Below are positions 38,224 to 50,200 of a stretch of DNA of 64,000 nucleotides, in pieces (positions within the stretch are counted from its first letter, which is position 1; the number at the start of each line of letters is the position of its first letter). Source of the DNA: Heptranchias perlo (taxonomy: Eukaryota). The notes beneath the pieces are model-generated. The model was not told the origin of the DNA and made no database searches. It worked only from the letters and a program-made list of their open reading frames with translations. The DNA lies in contig NW_027139217.1 of the NCBI RefSeq assembly GCF_035084215.1, positions 1-64,000 of the forward strand, in the 5' to 3' direction. Position numbers and translations under genes: made by a program.

Positions 38224-41200
38224 CTGTGAAAAGAAAAGATTTCTGACAAACAGACATTGTAGAACACAGNNNNNNNNNNNNNNNNNNNNNNNNNNNNNNN
38301 NNNNNNNNNNNNNNNNNNNNNNNNNNNNNNNNNNNNNNNNNNNNNNNNNNNNNNNNNNNNNNNNNNNNNNNNNNNNNNNNNNNNNNNNNNNNNNNNNNNN
38401 NNNNNNNNNNNNNNNNNNNNNNNNNNNNNNNNNNNNNNNNNNNNNNNNNNNNNNNNNNNNNNNNNNNNNNNNNNNNNNNNNNNNNNNNNNNNNNNNNNNN
38501 NNNNNNNNNNNNNNNNNNNNNNNNNNNNNNNNNNNNNNNNNNNNNNNNNNNNNNNNNNNNNNNNNNNNNNNNNNNNNNNNNNNNNNNNNNNNNNNNNNNN
38601 NNNNNNNNNNNNNNNNNNNNNNNNNNNNNNNNNNNNNNNNNNNNNNNNNNNNNNNNNNNNNNNNNNNNNNNNNNNNNNNNNNNNNNNNNNNNNNNNNAGA
38701 GGCACACAGACAGCCAGAGATACACACACACACACACACACACACAGAGGCACAGAGACAGAGAGAGTGGGTGAGAGACATGGAAAGAGAGAAAGTCAGA
38801 GAGAGAGAGAAAGACATGGGTGGAGACAGAGGGACACAGAGACAGAGAGAGAGACAGAGACAGACACAGAAAGAGACATATGCAGACAGACAGGGACACA
38901 GACAGACCCACCCTTGCACTATTTGCACACTTACGATTTGCTGGGCTGTAACCAGATTTTTTCTCTCCTCCTACAAGAGACAGAAACAGACAGAACTTCA
39001 GTTACAAACAGCTCCTCGATCAGCACAGCCCCTCGCCGACACAAACTTACTCCAGAAACAGGGGCAATGACCAGATTTCCCTGTGGGCACTCACAGGAGG
39101 CTCACTGAGAAACAGGCATCGGACAATATCCTCTCTTCACCCGGTCCCTTCACTCCCCAATCAGGCCCGGTCCCTTCACTCCCCGTACGGGGCCCCGGTC
39201 CCTTCACTCCCCGTACGGGGCCCCGGTCCCTTCACTCCCCGTACGGGGCCCCGGTCCCTTCACTCCCCGTACGGGGCCCCGGTCCCTTCACTCCCCGTAC
39301 GGGGCCCCGGTCCCTTCACTCCCCGTACGGGGCCCCGGTCCCTTCACTCCCCGTACGGGGCCCCGGTCCCTTCACTCCCCGTACGGGGCCCCGGTCCCTT
39401 CACTCCCCGTACGGGGCCCCGGTCCCTTCACTCCCCGTACGGGGCCCCGGTCCCTTCACTCCCCGTACGGGGCCCCGGTCCCTTCACTCCCCGGACGGGG
39501 CCCCGGTCCCTTCACTCCCCGGACGGGGCCCCGGTCCCTTCACTCCCCGTACGGGGCCCCGGTCCCTTCACTCCCCGTACGGGGCCCCGGTCCCTTCACT
39601 CCCCGTACGGGGCCCCGGTCCCTTCACTCCCCGTACGGGGCCCCGGTCCCTTCACTCCCCGTACGGGGCCCCGGTCCCTTCACTCCCTGTACGGGTCCCT
39701 GTCCATCACTGGACTGTGTCGGAGTTTCCCACATGTCTATGGGAAGTCTCTAATGTTCTGCCATTTGTGCTGTAACATTTGAACCTGCTCATCCCCGTGT
39801 GGGACAGATCCTGTCCTCATTTCCTACCTCTCTTCTTCCAGACAACGGCACCAATGACGAGAGCAATCAGGACGACGGCAGCAAGAACAATTCCAACAAT
39901 TAAACCCAGATTCGGTCCCTCTGAAGATCCCGGAGTCACTCGGAACGTCCCATCTGTGGGGGGAATAAGGAGGAGGAGAGAAATGAATAACGACAGTCGC
40001 TGCTGATTAGGAAGTAATGAGACCAAAGCTGTGCCTGAGACTGAGTTCGATTCGAGTCTGCGATGTGATGGGCAGTCTGATCAGAGCAAGTTGGAGGTTA
40101 GAAAGTTCAGCGTGGCTTTGATTCCACTCCTGGGAAGCACTTTGGGACGTTTCTCTCCATTAAAGGCACTTTATAAATACAAGTTGTTGCTTGTCTGCAG
40201 ATATTGGAATTACCCATCAGTCCAAAGTCATTACTAGTCCCCTCCACAAGTGATGAATCCCCAGCACAGTCTCAGAGTCGGCTGGTGGAAGTATAGTGAT
40301 GGGTGATACGGCCTTTCTATGGAAGGTTGAGGAGTTCAATGGACTAACGGCCTCCTTCACCTGACACACAGATCCCAGCCAGTCAATAACTCAGTGTAAC
40401 CCAGATATATGGTGCTGCTCATTATAGACAGGCAGGTTTGGAAATCTCTTGTATTTCTGAATAAAATTTCCCCGTCACCGTGGGCTGAAACTCACAATAT
40501 TCTCACTTTCCTTCATTTCAGACAGAACAGAATCTCTGGTTTAACTGAGCCTCAATCTCCAGCTCTGCAGAATGGGAGTGTTGGTGACTCATTACAATGG
40601 GGGCTCCCACCAGACCCCCTCCTCCCCGAAAATCCAGTCTCACCTCAAGGCCAGAATCAGCAGAGGGGGCGAAGGGGGGATATGAGGGAAGAGACGGCAG
40701 TCGCGACTCCCAGTTCCCAAGGAGGGTGTCGATGGGAACACTCTCCCCTCAGGGAGAGGTCATGGGGCTCGGGCCCACTCCAAGAATCACACTTAATACA
40801 GGCTGAGATTTCAGTGTAGCAGAGTGAGGGCCAGGGTCAGGGGTCAGAGGGAGGGCCGGGGTCAGAGGGAGGGCCGGGGGTTAGAGGGAGGGCCGGGGGT
40901 TAGAGGGAGGGCCGGGGTGAGGGGTCAGAGGGAGGGTCAGGGTAAGAGAGAGGGCCAGGGTCAGGGATCAGAGGGAGGGTCAGGGTCAGAGGGAGGGTCA
41001 GGGTCAGATGGAGGGTTAGAGGGAGGGCCGGGGTGAGGGGTCAGAGGGAGGGTCAGGGTCAGAGAGAGGGCCAGGGTCAGGGATCAGAGGGAGGGTCAGG
41101 GTCAGATGGAGGGTCAGATGGAGGGCCAGGGGTCAGAGGAAGGGTCAGGGGTCAGAGGCAGGGCCAGGGTCAGAGGGAGGGCCAGGGGTCAGATGGAGGG

Positions 41201-44200
41201 TCAGGGGTCAGAGGCAGGGCCAGGGTCAGATGGAGGGCCAGGGGTCAGATGGAAGGCCAGAGGTCAGATGGAAGGCCAGGGGTCAGATGGAAGGCCAGGG
41301 GTCAGAGGGCTGGGGGAAATCCGGCGGGGGCGGGGCCTGAACACCATCACTGCGAGGACCTCACACTGTGATTGACAGGCCGGTCGGCCGCCCATGACTT
41401 TGCCTGATTTGGTGAATGGGGCTTTGAAGGTGCTGCTCGTCTCCCGGAGGTGCCTCTCCTGCTGATCAGTGGGAGCGATGAGCCGCAGCCCCGGGGGACT
41501 GACTGTGGATCTACCGGAGTGGGACATGTTACCCTCTCCCAGGAGCTCAGCACATCTGCTCCCTCATCACCCCCTCAACCAATCCCCACCGTGGGGCCAG
41601 CAAGAAACCTCGAGCACAGAGAGAGGCAACTGAGAAACGGAGAGAAGGCTTTAAAGCAGCAATTTGGTGAGAGTGGGAATTCAGTACAGAGGGGGAGGAG
41701 GTGCTCAGGAATTTAAACCGAGGGACAACAGTAAAAGAGAAAGAGGGAGGGAACGGAGCACTGGGAGTAAAGAGAAAGAGGGAGAGAACGGAGCACTGGA
41801 AGTAAAGAGAGAGAGGGAGGGAACGTAGCACTGGGAGTAAAGAGAAAGAGGGAGAGAACGGAGCACTGGGAGCAAAGAGAGAGAGGGAGGGAACGGAGCA
41901 CTGGGAGTAAAGAGAGAGAGGGAGGGAACGGAGCACTGGGAGTAAAGAGAGAGAGGGAGGGAACGGAGCACTGGAAGTAAAGAGAGAGAGGGAGGGAACG
42001 TAGCACTGGGAGTAAAGAGAAAGAGGGAGAGAACGGAGCACTGGGAGCAAAGAGAGAGAGGGAGGGAACGGAGCACTGGGAGTAAAGAGAGAGAGGGAGG
42101 GAACGGAGCACTGGGAGTAAAGAGAGAGAGGGAGGGAACGTAGCACTGGGAGTAAAGAGAGAGGGGGAGCGAACGGAGCACTGGGAGTAAAGAGAGAGAG
42201 GGAGGGAACGGAGCACTGGGAGTAAAGAGAAAGAGGGAGGGAACGGAGCACTGGGAGTAAAGAGAGAGAGGGAGGGAACGGAGCACTGGGAGTAAAGAGA
42301 GAGAGGGAGGGAACGGAGCACTGGGAGTAAAGAGAAAGAGGGAGGGAACGGAGCACTGGGAGTAAAGAGAGAGAGGGAGGGAACGGAGCACTGGGAGTAA
42401 AGAGAGAGAGTGAGGGAACGGAGCACTGGGAGTAAAGAGAGAGAGGGAGGGAACGGAGCACTGGGAGTAAAGAGAAAGAGGGAGGGAACGGAGCACTGGG
42501 AGTAAAGAGAGAGAGGGAGAGAACGGAGCACTGGGAGTAAAGAGAAAGAGGGAGGGAACGGAGCACTGGGAGTAAAGAGAGAGAGGGGGGGAACGGAGCA
42601 CTGGGAGTAAAGAGAAAGAGGGAGGGAACGGAGCACTGGGAGTAAAGAGAGAGAGGGAGGGAACGGAGCACTGGGAGTAAAGAGAGAGAGGGAGGGAACG
42701 GAGCACTGGGAGTAAAGAGAAAGAGGGAGGGAACGGAGCACTGGGAGTAAAGAGAGAGAGGGGGGGAACGGAGCACTGGGAGTAAAGAGAAAGAGGGAGG
42801 GAACGGAGCACTGGGAGTAAAGAGAAAGAGGGAGGGAACGGAGCACTGGGAGTAAAGAGAGAGAGGGAGGGAACGGAGCACTGGGAGTAAAGAGAGAGAG
42901 GGAGGGAACGGAGCACTGGGAGTAAAGAGAGAGAGGGAGGGAACGGAGCACTGGGAGTAAAGAGAAAGAGGGAGGGAACGGAGCACTGGGAGTAAAGAGA
43001 AAGAGGGAGAGAACGGAGCACTGGGAGTAAAGAGAGAGAGGGTGGGAACGGAGCACTGGGAGTAAAGAGAGAGAGGGAGAGAACGGAGCACTGGGAGTAG
43101 AGAGAGAGAGGGAGGGAACGGAGCACTGGGAGTAAAGAGAGAGAGGGAGGGAACGGAGCACTGGGAGTAAAGAGAAAGAGGGAGGAAACGGAGCACTGGG
43201 AGTAAAGAGAGAGAGGGAGGGAACGGAGCACTGGGAGTAAAGAGAGAGAGGGAGGGAACGGAGCACTGGGAGTAAAGAGAGAGAGGGAGGGAACGGAGCA
43301 CTGGGAGTAAAGAGAAAGAGGGAGGGAACGGAGCACTGGGAGTAAAGAGAGAGAGGGAGGGAACGGAGCACTGGGAGTAAAGAGAGAGAGGGAGGGAACG
43401 GAGCACTGGGAGTAAAGAGAGAGAGGGAGGGAACGGAGCACTGGGAGTAAAGAGAGAGAGGGAGGGAATGGAGCACTGGGAGTAAAGAGAGAGAGGGAGG
43501 GAATGGAGCACTGGGAGTAAAGAGAGAGAGGGAGGGAACGGAGCACTGGGAGTAAAGAGAGAGAGGGAGGGAACGGAGCACTGGGAGTAAAGAGAGAGAG
43601 GGAGGGAACGGAGCACTGGGAGTAAAGAGAGAGAGGGAGGGAACGGAGCACTGGGAGTAAAGAGAGAGAGGGAGGGAACGGAGCACTGGGAGTAAAGAGA
43701 GAGAGGGAGGGAACGGAGCACTGGGAGTAAAGAGAGAGAGGGGGGGAGAGGGGGGGAACGGATATGGGGACGGTGCCAGAGGACTGGAGGATTGTAAATG
43801 TTACACACTGTTCAAAAAAGGGGAGAGGGAGAAACCCGGGAAATCCAGGCCAGTCAGTCTAACGTCAGTGGAGGGGAAACTTTAAGACAATAATCTGGGA
43901 CAAAATTAATTGTCACTTGGAAAAGTCTGGGTTAATAAAAGAAAGTCAGCACGGATTTGTTAAAGGCAAATCGTGTTTGACCAACTTGATTGAGTTCTTT
44001 GATGAAGTAACGGAGAGGGTTGATGAGGGCAGTGAGGTGGATGTTGTGTACATGGACTTTCAAAAGGCATTTGATTAAGTGCCACATAATAGACTGGTCA
44101 GTAAAATTAAAGCCATGGGATTAAAGGGACAGTGGTAAATTGGCTCAGGGACAGAAAGCAGAGAGTAGTGGTGAACGGTTGTTTCTCAGACTGGAGGGAA

Positions 44201-47200
44201 GTTTACAGTGGGGTTCCCCAGGGCTCAGTATTAGGACCACTGCTCTTTTTGAGAGATATTAATGACCTGGACTTGGGTATAGAGGGTATAATTTCAACGT
44301 TTGCAGCTGACATGAAACTCGGAAATGTAGTAAACAATGTGGAGGATAGTAACAGAGTTCAGGAGGACACAGACAGACTGGTGAAATGGGCAGACACATG
44401 GCAGATGAAATTTAACACAGAGAAGTGTGAAGTGATGTATTTTGGAAGGAAGAATGAGGAGAGGCGATAGAAACATCTTTAATCCTCAGCCTCAGACTCT
44501 CCCCCTGCACTCACTGATCCTCTTACCCCAGTCTCGGGTCTCCACTCCTGCTTTGCTGCTGTGATCCACCTGACAGGAGTAGGTGGCTCCGTCCTCGGGC
44601 CCGATCTCAACCCATCTCTTGATCTGGTAGGTGCCATCGTGGTTGGGCAGGATGCCAGTGGAATCAGTGTCTGAGATCGGCCGTCCATTTCTCAGGAGGG
44701 TGAGTTCGATATCTCGAGGGTAAAACCCCGTGACCAGGCAGGAGAGTTGGGCCGGTTTAGTGTCTGAGGCCTTGTCCACAGAAAGAAACACTTGGGGAGT
44801 AACTGAGAGTAAAACAGATCAGAGCCGAGTCAGTGTGAGACAGGGAACGGTGCAAACCCCTTTAAACTGGGGATTAGACCCCAGGCAACGGGACAAACCC
44901 CTTTAAACTGGGGATTAGACCCCAGGGAACGGGACAAACCCCTTTAAACTGGGGATTAGACCCCAGGGAACGGGACAAACCCCTTTAAACTGGGGATTAG
45001 ACCCCAGGGAACGGAACAAACCCCTTTAAACTGGGGATTAGACCCCAGGCAACGGGACAAACCCCTTTAAACTGGGGATGAGACCCCAGGGAACGGGACA
45101 AACCCCTTTAAACTGGGGATTAGACCCCAGGGAACGGAACAAACCCCTTTAAACTGGGGATTAGACCCCAGGCAACGGGACAAACCCCTTTAAACTGGGG
45201 ATTAGACCCCAGTCCCCCCTCACTCACCGAATCTCACTCCCCCCTCACTCACCGAATCTCACTCCCCCCTCACTCACCGACTCTCACTCCCCCCCTCACT
45301 CACCGACTCTCACTCGTCCCATCACTCACCGACTCTCACTCCCCCCCTCACTCACCGACTCTCACTCCACCCCTCACTCACCGTCTCTCACTCCCCCCTC
45401 ACTCACCGACTCTCTGTCCCCCCCTCACTCACCGACTCTCAGTCCCCTCCTCACTCACCGACTCTCACTCCACCCTCACTCACCGACTCTCACTCCCCCC
45501 CTCATTCACCGACTCTCACTCCCCCCCTCACTCACCGACTCTCACTCCACCCTCACTCACCGACTCTCACTCCCCCCCTCATTCACCGACTCTCACTCCC
45601 CCCCTCATTCACCGACTCTCACTCCCCCCCTCACTCACCGACTCTCAGTCCCCCCCCCTCACTCACCGACTCTCAGTCCCCCCCTCACTCACCGACTCTC
45701 AGTCCCCCCCTCACTCACCGACTCTCACTCCCCCCCTCACTCACCGACTCTCACTCCTCCCCTCACTCACCGACTCTTCACTCCCCCCTCACTCACCGAC
45801 TCTTCACTCCCCCTCACTCACCGACTCTCACTCCCCCCCTCACTCACCGACTCTCACTCCCCCCCTCACTCACGACTCCTCACTCCCCCCTCACTCACTG
45901 ACTCTCACTCCCCCCCTCACTCACCGGCCATCAGTTCCCTCTTTCCGTACTCGAGGTATTTCCTCAGCCACTCGATGCAGGTCCCCTCCAGGTATCCCTT
46001 CACCCCTTGTTTCATGGCCTTGTTCTGGTCCCACTTGTTCTTGGTGATCTCTCCCCACTGTACCGGTGTTACCCACACCATCTGATCCTTATCGAAGTTG
46101 ATCAAATCCTCCCCGTCCCAGGCGTACTGAACGAACCCTCTCGTGGTCCCATCATCCCCCAGATCACAGCCGTACATCCGCTGATACGTGTGGATTCCTG
46201 TCAATCAAACACAGGGGGTCAGTCAGACCCACACCCCCCACCCAGGGTCAGGGGTCAGACCCACACCCCCCACCCAGGGTCAGGGGTCAGAGTGAAGGAA
46301 TACTGCGGAGTGATCCTCGACCCCCAGACCCCGCCCCCCCCGGACCACCCTCGCAGCCCCGAGACAACCCCTCCCCCAGAACCCCCCCAAGATCTCGCCT
46401 CCCCACAGATCCCGCTCCCGGACCCCATCGCCCCCCAGACCACCCTCAAAACCCCCCCAAGACACCCCCCTCCCCCGGACCCCCCCCCCCCAGACCCTGC
46501 CTCCCCCAGACCCCACGTCCCCCCAGAGCCCGCCCTCCCCCGGACCACCCTCACACCCTCCCCCCAGACTCCGCCTCCCCCAGACCCCCCTCACCCAGAC
46601 CACCCTCACACCCCCCCAGACCACCCCCTTCACTGGACCCCACCTCTCCCTGACCACCCTCGCCCCTCCCCCGGACCGCCCTCACACCCTCCAGACTCTG
46701 CCTCCCCCCGGACCCCGCCTTCCCCGGAACCTGCCTCCCTCCGGACCCCGCCTCCCCCCAGGCCCCGGCTCCTCCGGACCACCCTCACCCCTTGCCCCAG
46801 ACCACCCACCCCACCACCCGGACCCCGCCCCTGCTCCCCAAACCACCAATGATCCCCAAATCCCCCCCACCCCTGTCTCCACCCCGCATCATTCGGACAG
46901 CCACTGACCCCCGGACCCCCCTCTAATCGATGACATTATCGGACCCTGATCTTTGTACTTAAAGGGACCTCCAACCTCCCATCTATGTATTTAAAGGACC
47001 CCCGGACCCCGAATAGTGTATTTAAAGGATCCCCCGGACCCCGATCAGTGTATTTAAAGGACCCCCCGGACCCCGATCAGTGTATTTAAAGGACCCCCGG
47101 ACCCCGATCAGTGTATTTAAAGGACCCCCGGACCCCGATCAGTGTATTTAAAGGACCCCCGGACCCCGATCAGTGTATTTAAAGGACCCCCGGACCCTGA

Positions 47201-50200
47201 TCAGTGTATTTAAAGGACCCCCAGACACCGATCAGTGTATTTAAAGGACCCCCGGACCCTGAACATTGTATTTAAAGGACCCCAGACCACGATCTGTGTA
47301 TTTAAAGGACCCCCGGACCCCGATCTGTGTATTTAAAGGACCCCCCGGACCCCGATCTGTGTATTTAAAGGACCCCCGGACCCCGATCTGTGTATTTAAA
47401 GGACCCCCGGACCCCGATCTGTGTATTTAAAGGACCCCCGGACCCCGATCAGTGTATTTAAAGGATCCCCCGGACCCCGATCAGTGTATTTAAAGGACCC
47501 CCGGACCCCGATCAGTGTATTTAAAGGACCCCCGGACCCCGATCAGTGTATTTAAAGGACCCCCGGACCCTGATCAGTGTATTTAAAGGACCCCCGGACA
47601 CCGATCAGTGTATTTAAAGGACCCCCGGACCCTGAACATTGTATTTAAAGGACCCCAGACCACGATCTGTGTATTTAAAGGACCCCCGGACCCCGATCTG
47701 TGTATTTAAAGGACCCCCCGGACCCCGATCTGTGTATTTAAAGGACCCCCGGACCCCGATCTGTGTATTTAAAGGACCCCCGGACCCCGATCTGTGTATT
47801 TAAAGGACCCCCGTGCTTCCAGCGAGTGTCCCTCCCGCCTGCTCAGAATAGCGGGTTAAGATGGTGACCCGTGAGGGCAGTGAGATCAGGGAGGGCGAGT
47901 CCCATTGGCCATTTGACCTGCCCGGTTTCCCCCTGGCGGGCAGGTTAGAATCGGCCTGAGGGACTTTCAGGAGGCCTCGGATAAGGTGCCATGTGAGAGA
48001 CTCGTGAGAGGTCAGGGTGCGTGGGGTCAGGGGTCAGAGAGCAGAATGGATTAAAAGATGGCGACAGAACAGAAAACAGAGGGTCAGAGTTAAGGGAAGT
48101 TTCTCAGACTGGCAGAAAGTGGGAAATGGCGTTCACCGGGGATCAGTGCCGGGAACGCTGTGTTCACCGGGGATCAGTGCCGGGAACGCTGTGTTCACCG
48201 GGGATCAGTGCCGGGAACGCCGTGTTCACCGGGGATCAGTGCCGGGAACGCCGTGTTCACCGGGGATCAGTGCCGGGAACGCTGTGTTCACCGGGGATCA
48301 GTGCCGGGAACGCTGTGTTCACCGGGGATCAGTGCCGGGAACGCTGTGTTCACCGGGGATCAGTGCCGGGAACGCTGTGTTCACCGGGGATCAGTGCCGG
48401 GAACGCCGTGCTCACCGGGGATCAGTGCCGGGAACGCCGTGTTCACGGGGGATCAGTGCCGGGAACGCCGTGTTCACTGGGGATCAGTGCCGGGAACGCC
48501 GTGCTCACCGGGGATCAGTGCCGGGAACGCCGTGTTCACTGGGGATCAGTGCCGGGAACGCCGTGCTCACCGGGGATCAGTGCCGGGAACGCTGTGTTCA
48601 CTGGGGATCAGTGCCGGGAACGCCGTGCTCACCGGGGATCAGTGCCGGGAACGCGGTGCTCACCGGGGATCAGTGCCGGGAACGCCGTGTTCACTGGGGA
48701 TCAGTGCCGGGAACGCCGTGCTCACCGGGGATCAGTGCCGGGAACGCTGTGCTCACCGGGGATCAGTGCCGGGAACGCCGTGTTCACCGGGGATCAGTGA
48801 CGGGAACGCTGTGTTCACCGGGGATCAGTGCCGGGAATGCAGTGTTCACCGGGGATCAGTGCCGGGAACGCTGTGCTCACCGGGGATCAGTGCCGGGAAC
48901 GCCGTGTTCACTGGGGATCAGTGCCGGGAACGCTGTGCTCACCGGGGATCAGTGCCGGGAACGCTGTGTTCACCGGGGATCAGTGCCGGGAACGCTGTGT
49001 TCACCGGGGATCAGTGCCGGGAACGCTGTGTTCACCGGGGATCAGTGCCGGGAACGCTGTGTTCACCGGGGATCAGTGCCGGGAACGCCGTGCTCACCGG
49101 GGATCAGTGCCGGGAACGCCGTGTTCACGGGGGATCAGTGCCGGGAACGCCGTGTTCACTGGGGATCAGTGCCGGGAACGCCGTGCTCACCGGGGATCAG
49201 TGCCGGGAACGCCGTGTTCACTGGGGATCAGTGCCGGGAACGCCGTGCTCACCGGGGATCAGTGCCGGGAACGCTGTGTTCACTGGGGATCAGTGCCGGG
49301 AACGCCGTGCTCACCGGGGATCAGTGCCGGGAACGCGGTGCTCACCGGGGATCAGTGCCGGGAACGCCGTGTTCACTGGGGATCAGTGCCGGGAACGCCG
49401 TGCTCACCGGGGATCAGTGCCGGGAACGCTGTGCTCACCGGGGATCAGTGCCGGGAACGCCGTGTTCACCGGGGATCAGTGACGGGAACGCTGTGTTCAC
49501 CGGGGATCAGTGCCGGGAATGCTGTGTTCACCGGTGATCAGTGCCGGGAACGCTGTGCTCACCGGGGATCAGTGCCGGGAACGCCGTGTTCACTGGGGAT
49601 CAGTGCCGGGAACGCTGTGCTCACCGGGGATCAGTGCCGGGAACGCTGTGTTCACCGGGGATCAGTGCCGGGAACGCTGTGTTCACCGGGGATCAGTGCC
49701 GGGAATGCTGTGTTCACCGGGGATCAGTGCCGGGAACGCTGTGTTCACCGGGGATCAGTGCCGGGAACGCTGGGTGCTAAATTGGGCCGAGTAGCGCCCG
49801 TTGTTTCGGCCTCTCCAACATCTTGGATGCACACGCACGTTTCCAGCGTGACGTGCCCCAGACGCCATCTTGGTCTAGGAGTTTGCGTCGGCGCAGATAA
49901 CGAACGCTGGAATCATGTAAAGTCGGGAGAAAATGGCTTCAATCAGTGTCCAACGCTGATTTAAAGTGATAGACACCATTTTGGGACTTAACGCTCAACT
50001 CAACGCACAGTCTTAACCCCGACCATCTGAACGTGTCTTAGAGTGTCTGGAGGACCCCCCACCGGCGCTATTTAAAGGGACCATGCAGGATTTACAGGTT
50101 AGTGGCTGGATTATTGCTTCTGGCTGCTGAGACATTTGTAACTGTTTTTGGAGGTCTCCTAGACTTGAATACTAGGACACGGGGACATAGTCTAACATTT

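Noticed and set aside
38140-38928. ORFs spanning the X-run
   Set aside because: Artefact of the N gap; only 38177-38223 is coding
39716-39731. 16-nt match GTGTCGGAGTTTCCCA to the LTR edge at 29832
   Set aside because: An isolated short match with no extended homology; it only makes the outer LTR boundary uncertain
39817-39827. Stop after KKRGRK as the true C-terminus or an ER-retention isoform
   Set aside because: Two well-formed cytoplasmic exons follow in frame, and KKRGRK is not a canonical KKxx/KxKxx motif; intron retention is possible but unsupported
41547-43808. Three overlapping 648-753 aa ORFs
   Set aside because: All three frames of a 35-bp intronic minisatellite
46985-47812. Tandem TATTTAAA as an internal promoter array
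   Set aside because: Motif only; no other promoter elements or downstream ORF
48017-49964. Cys/Gly-rich 259-506 aa ORFs
   Set aside because: Translations of the 31-bp CR1-derived array
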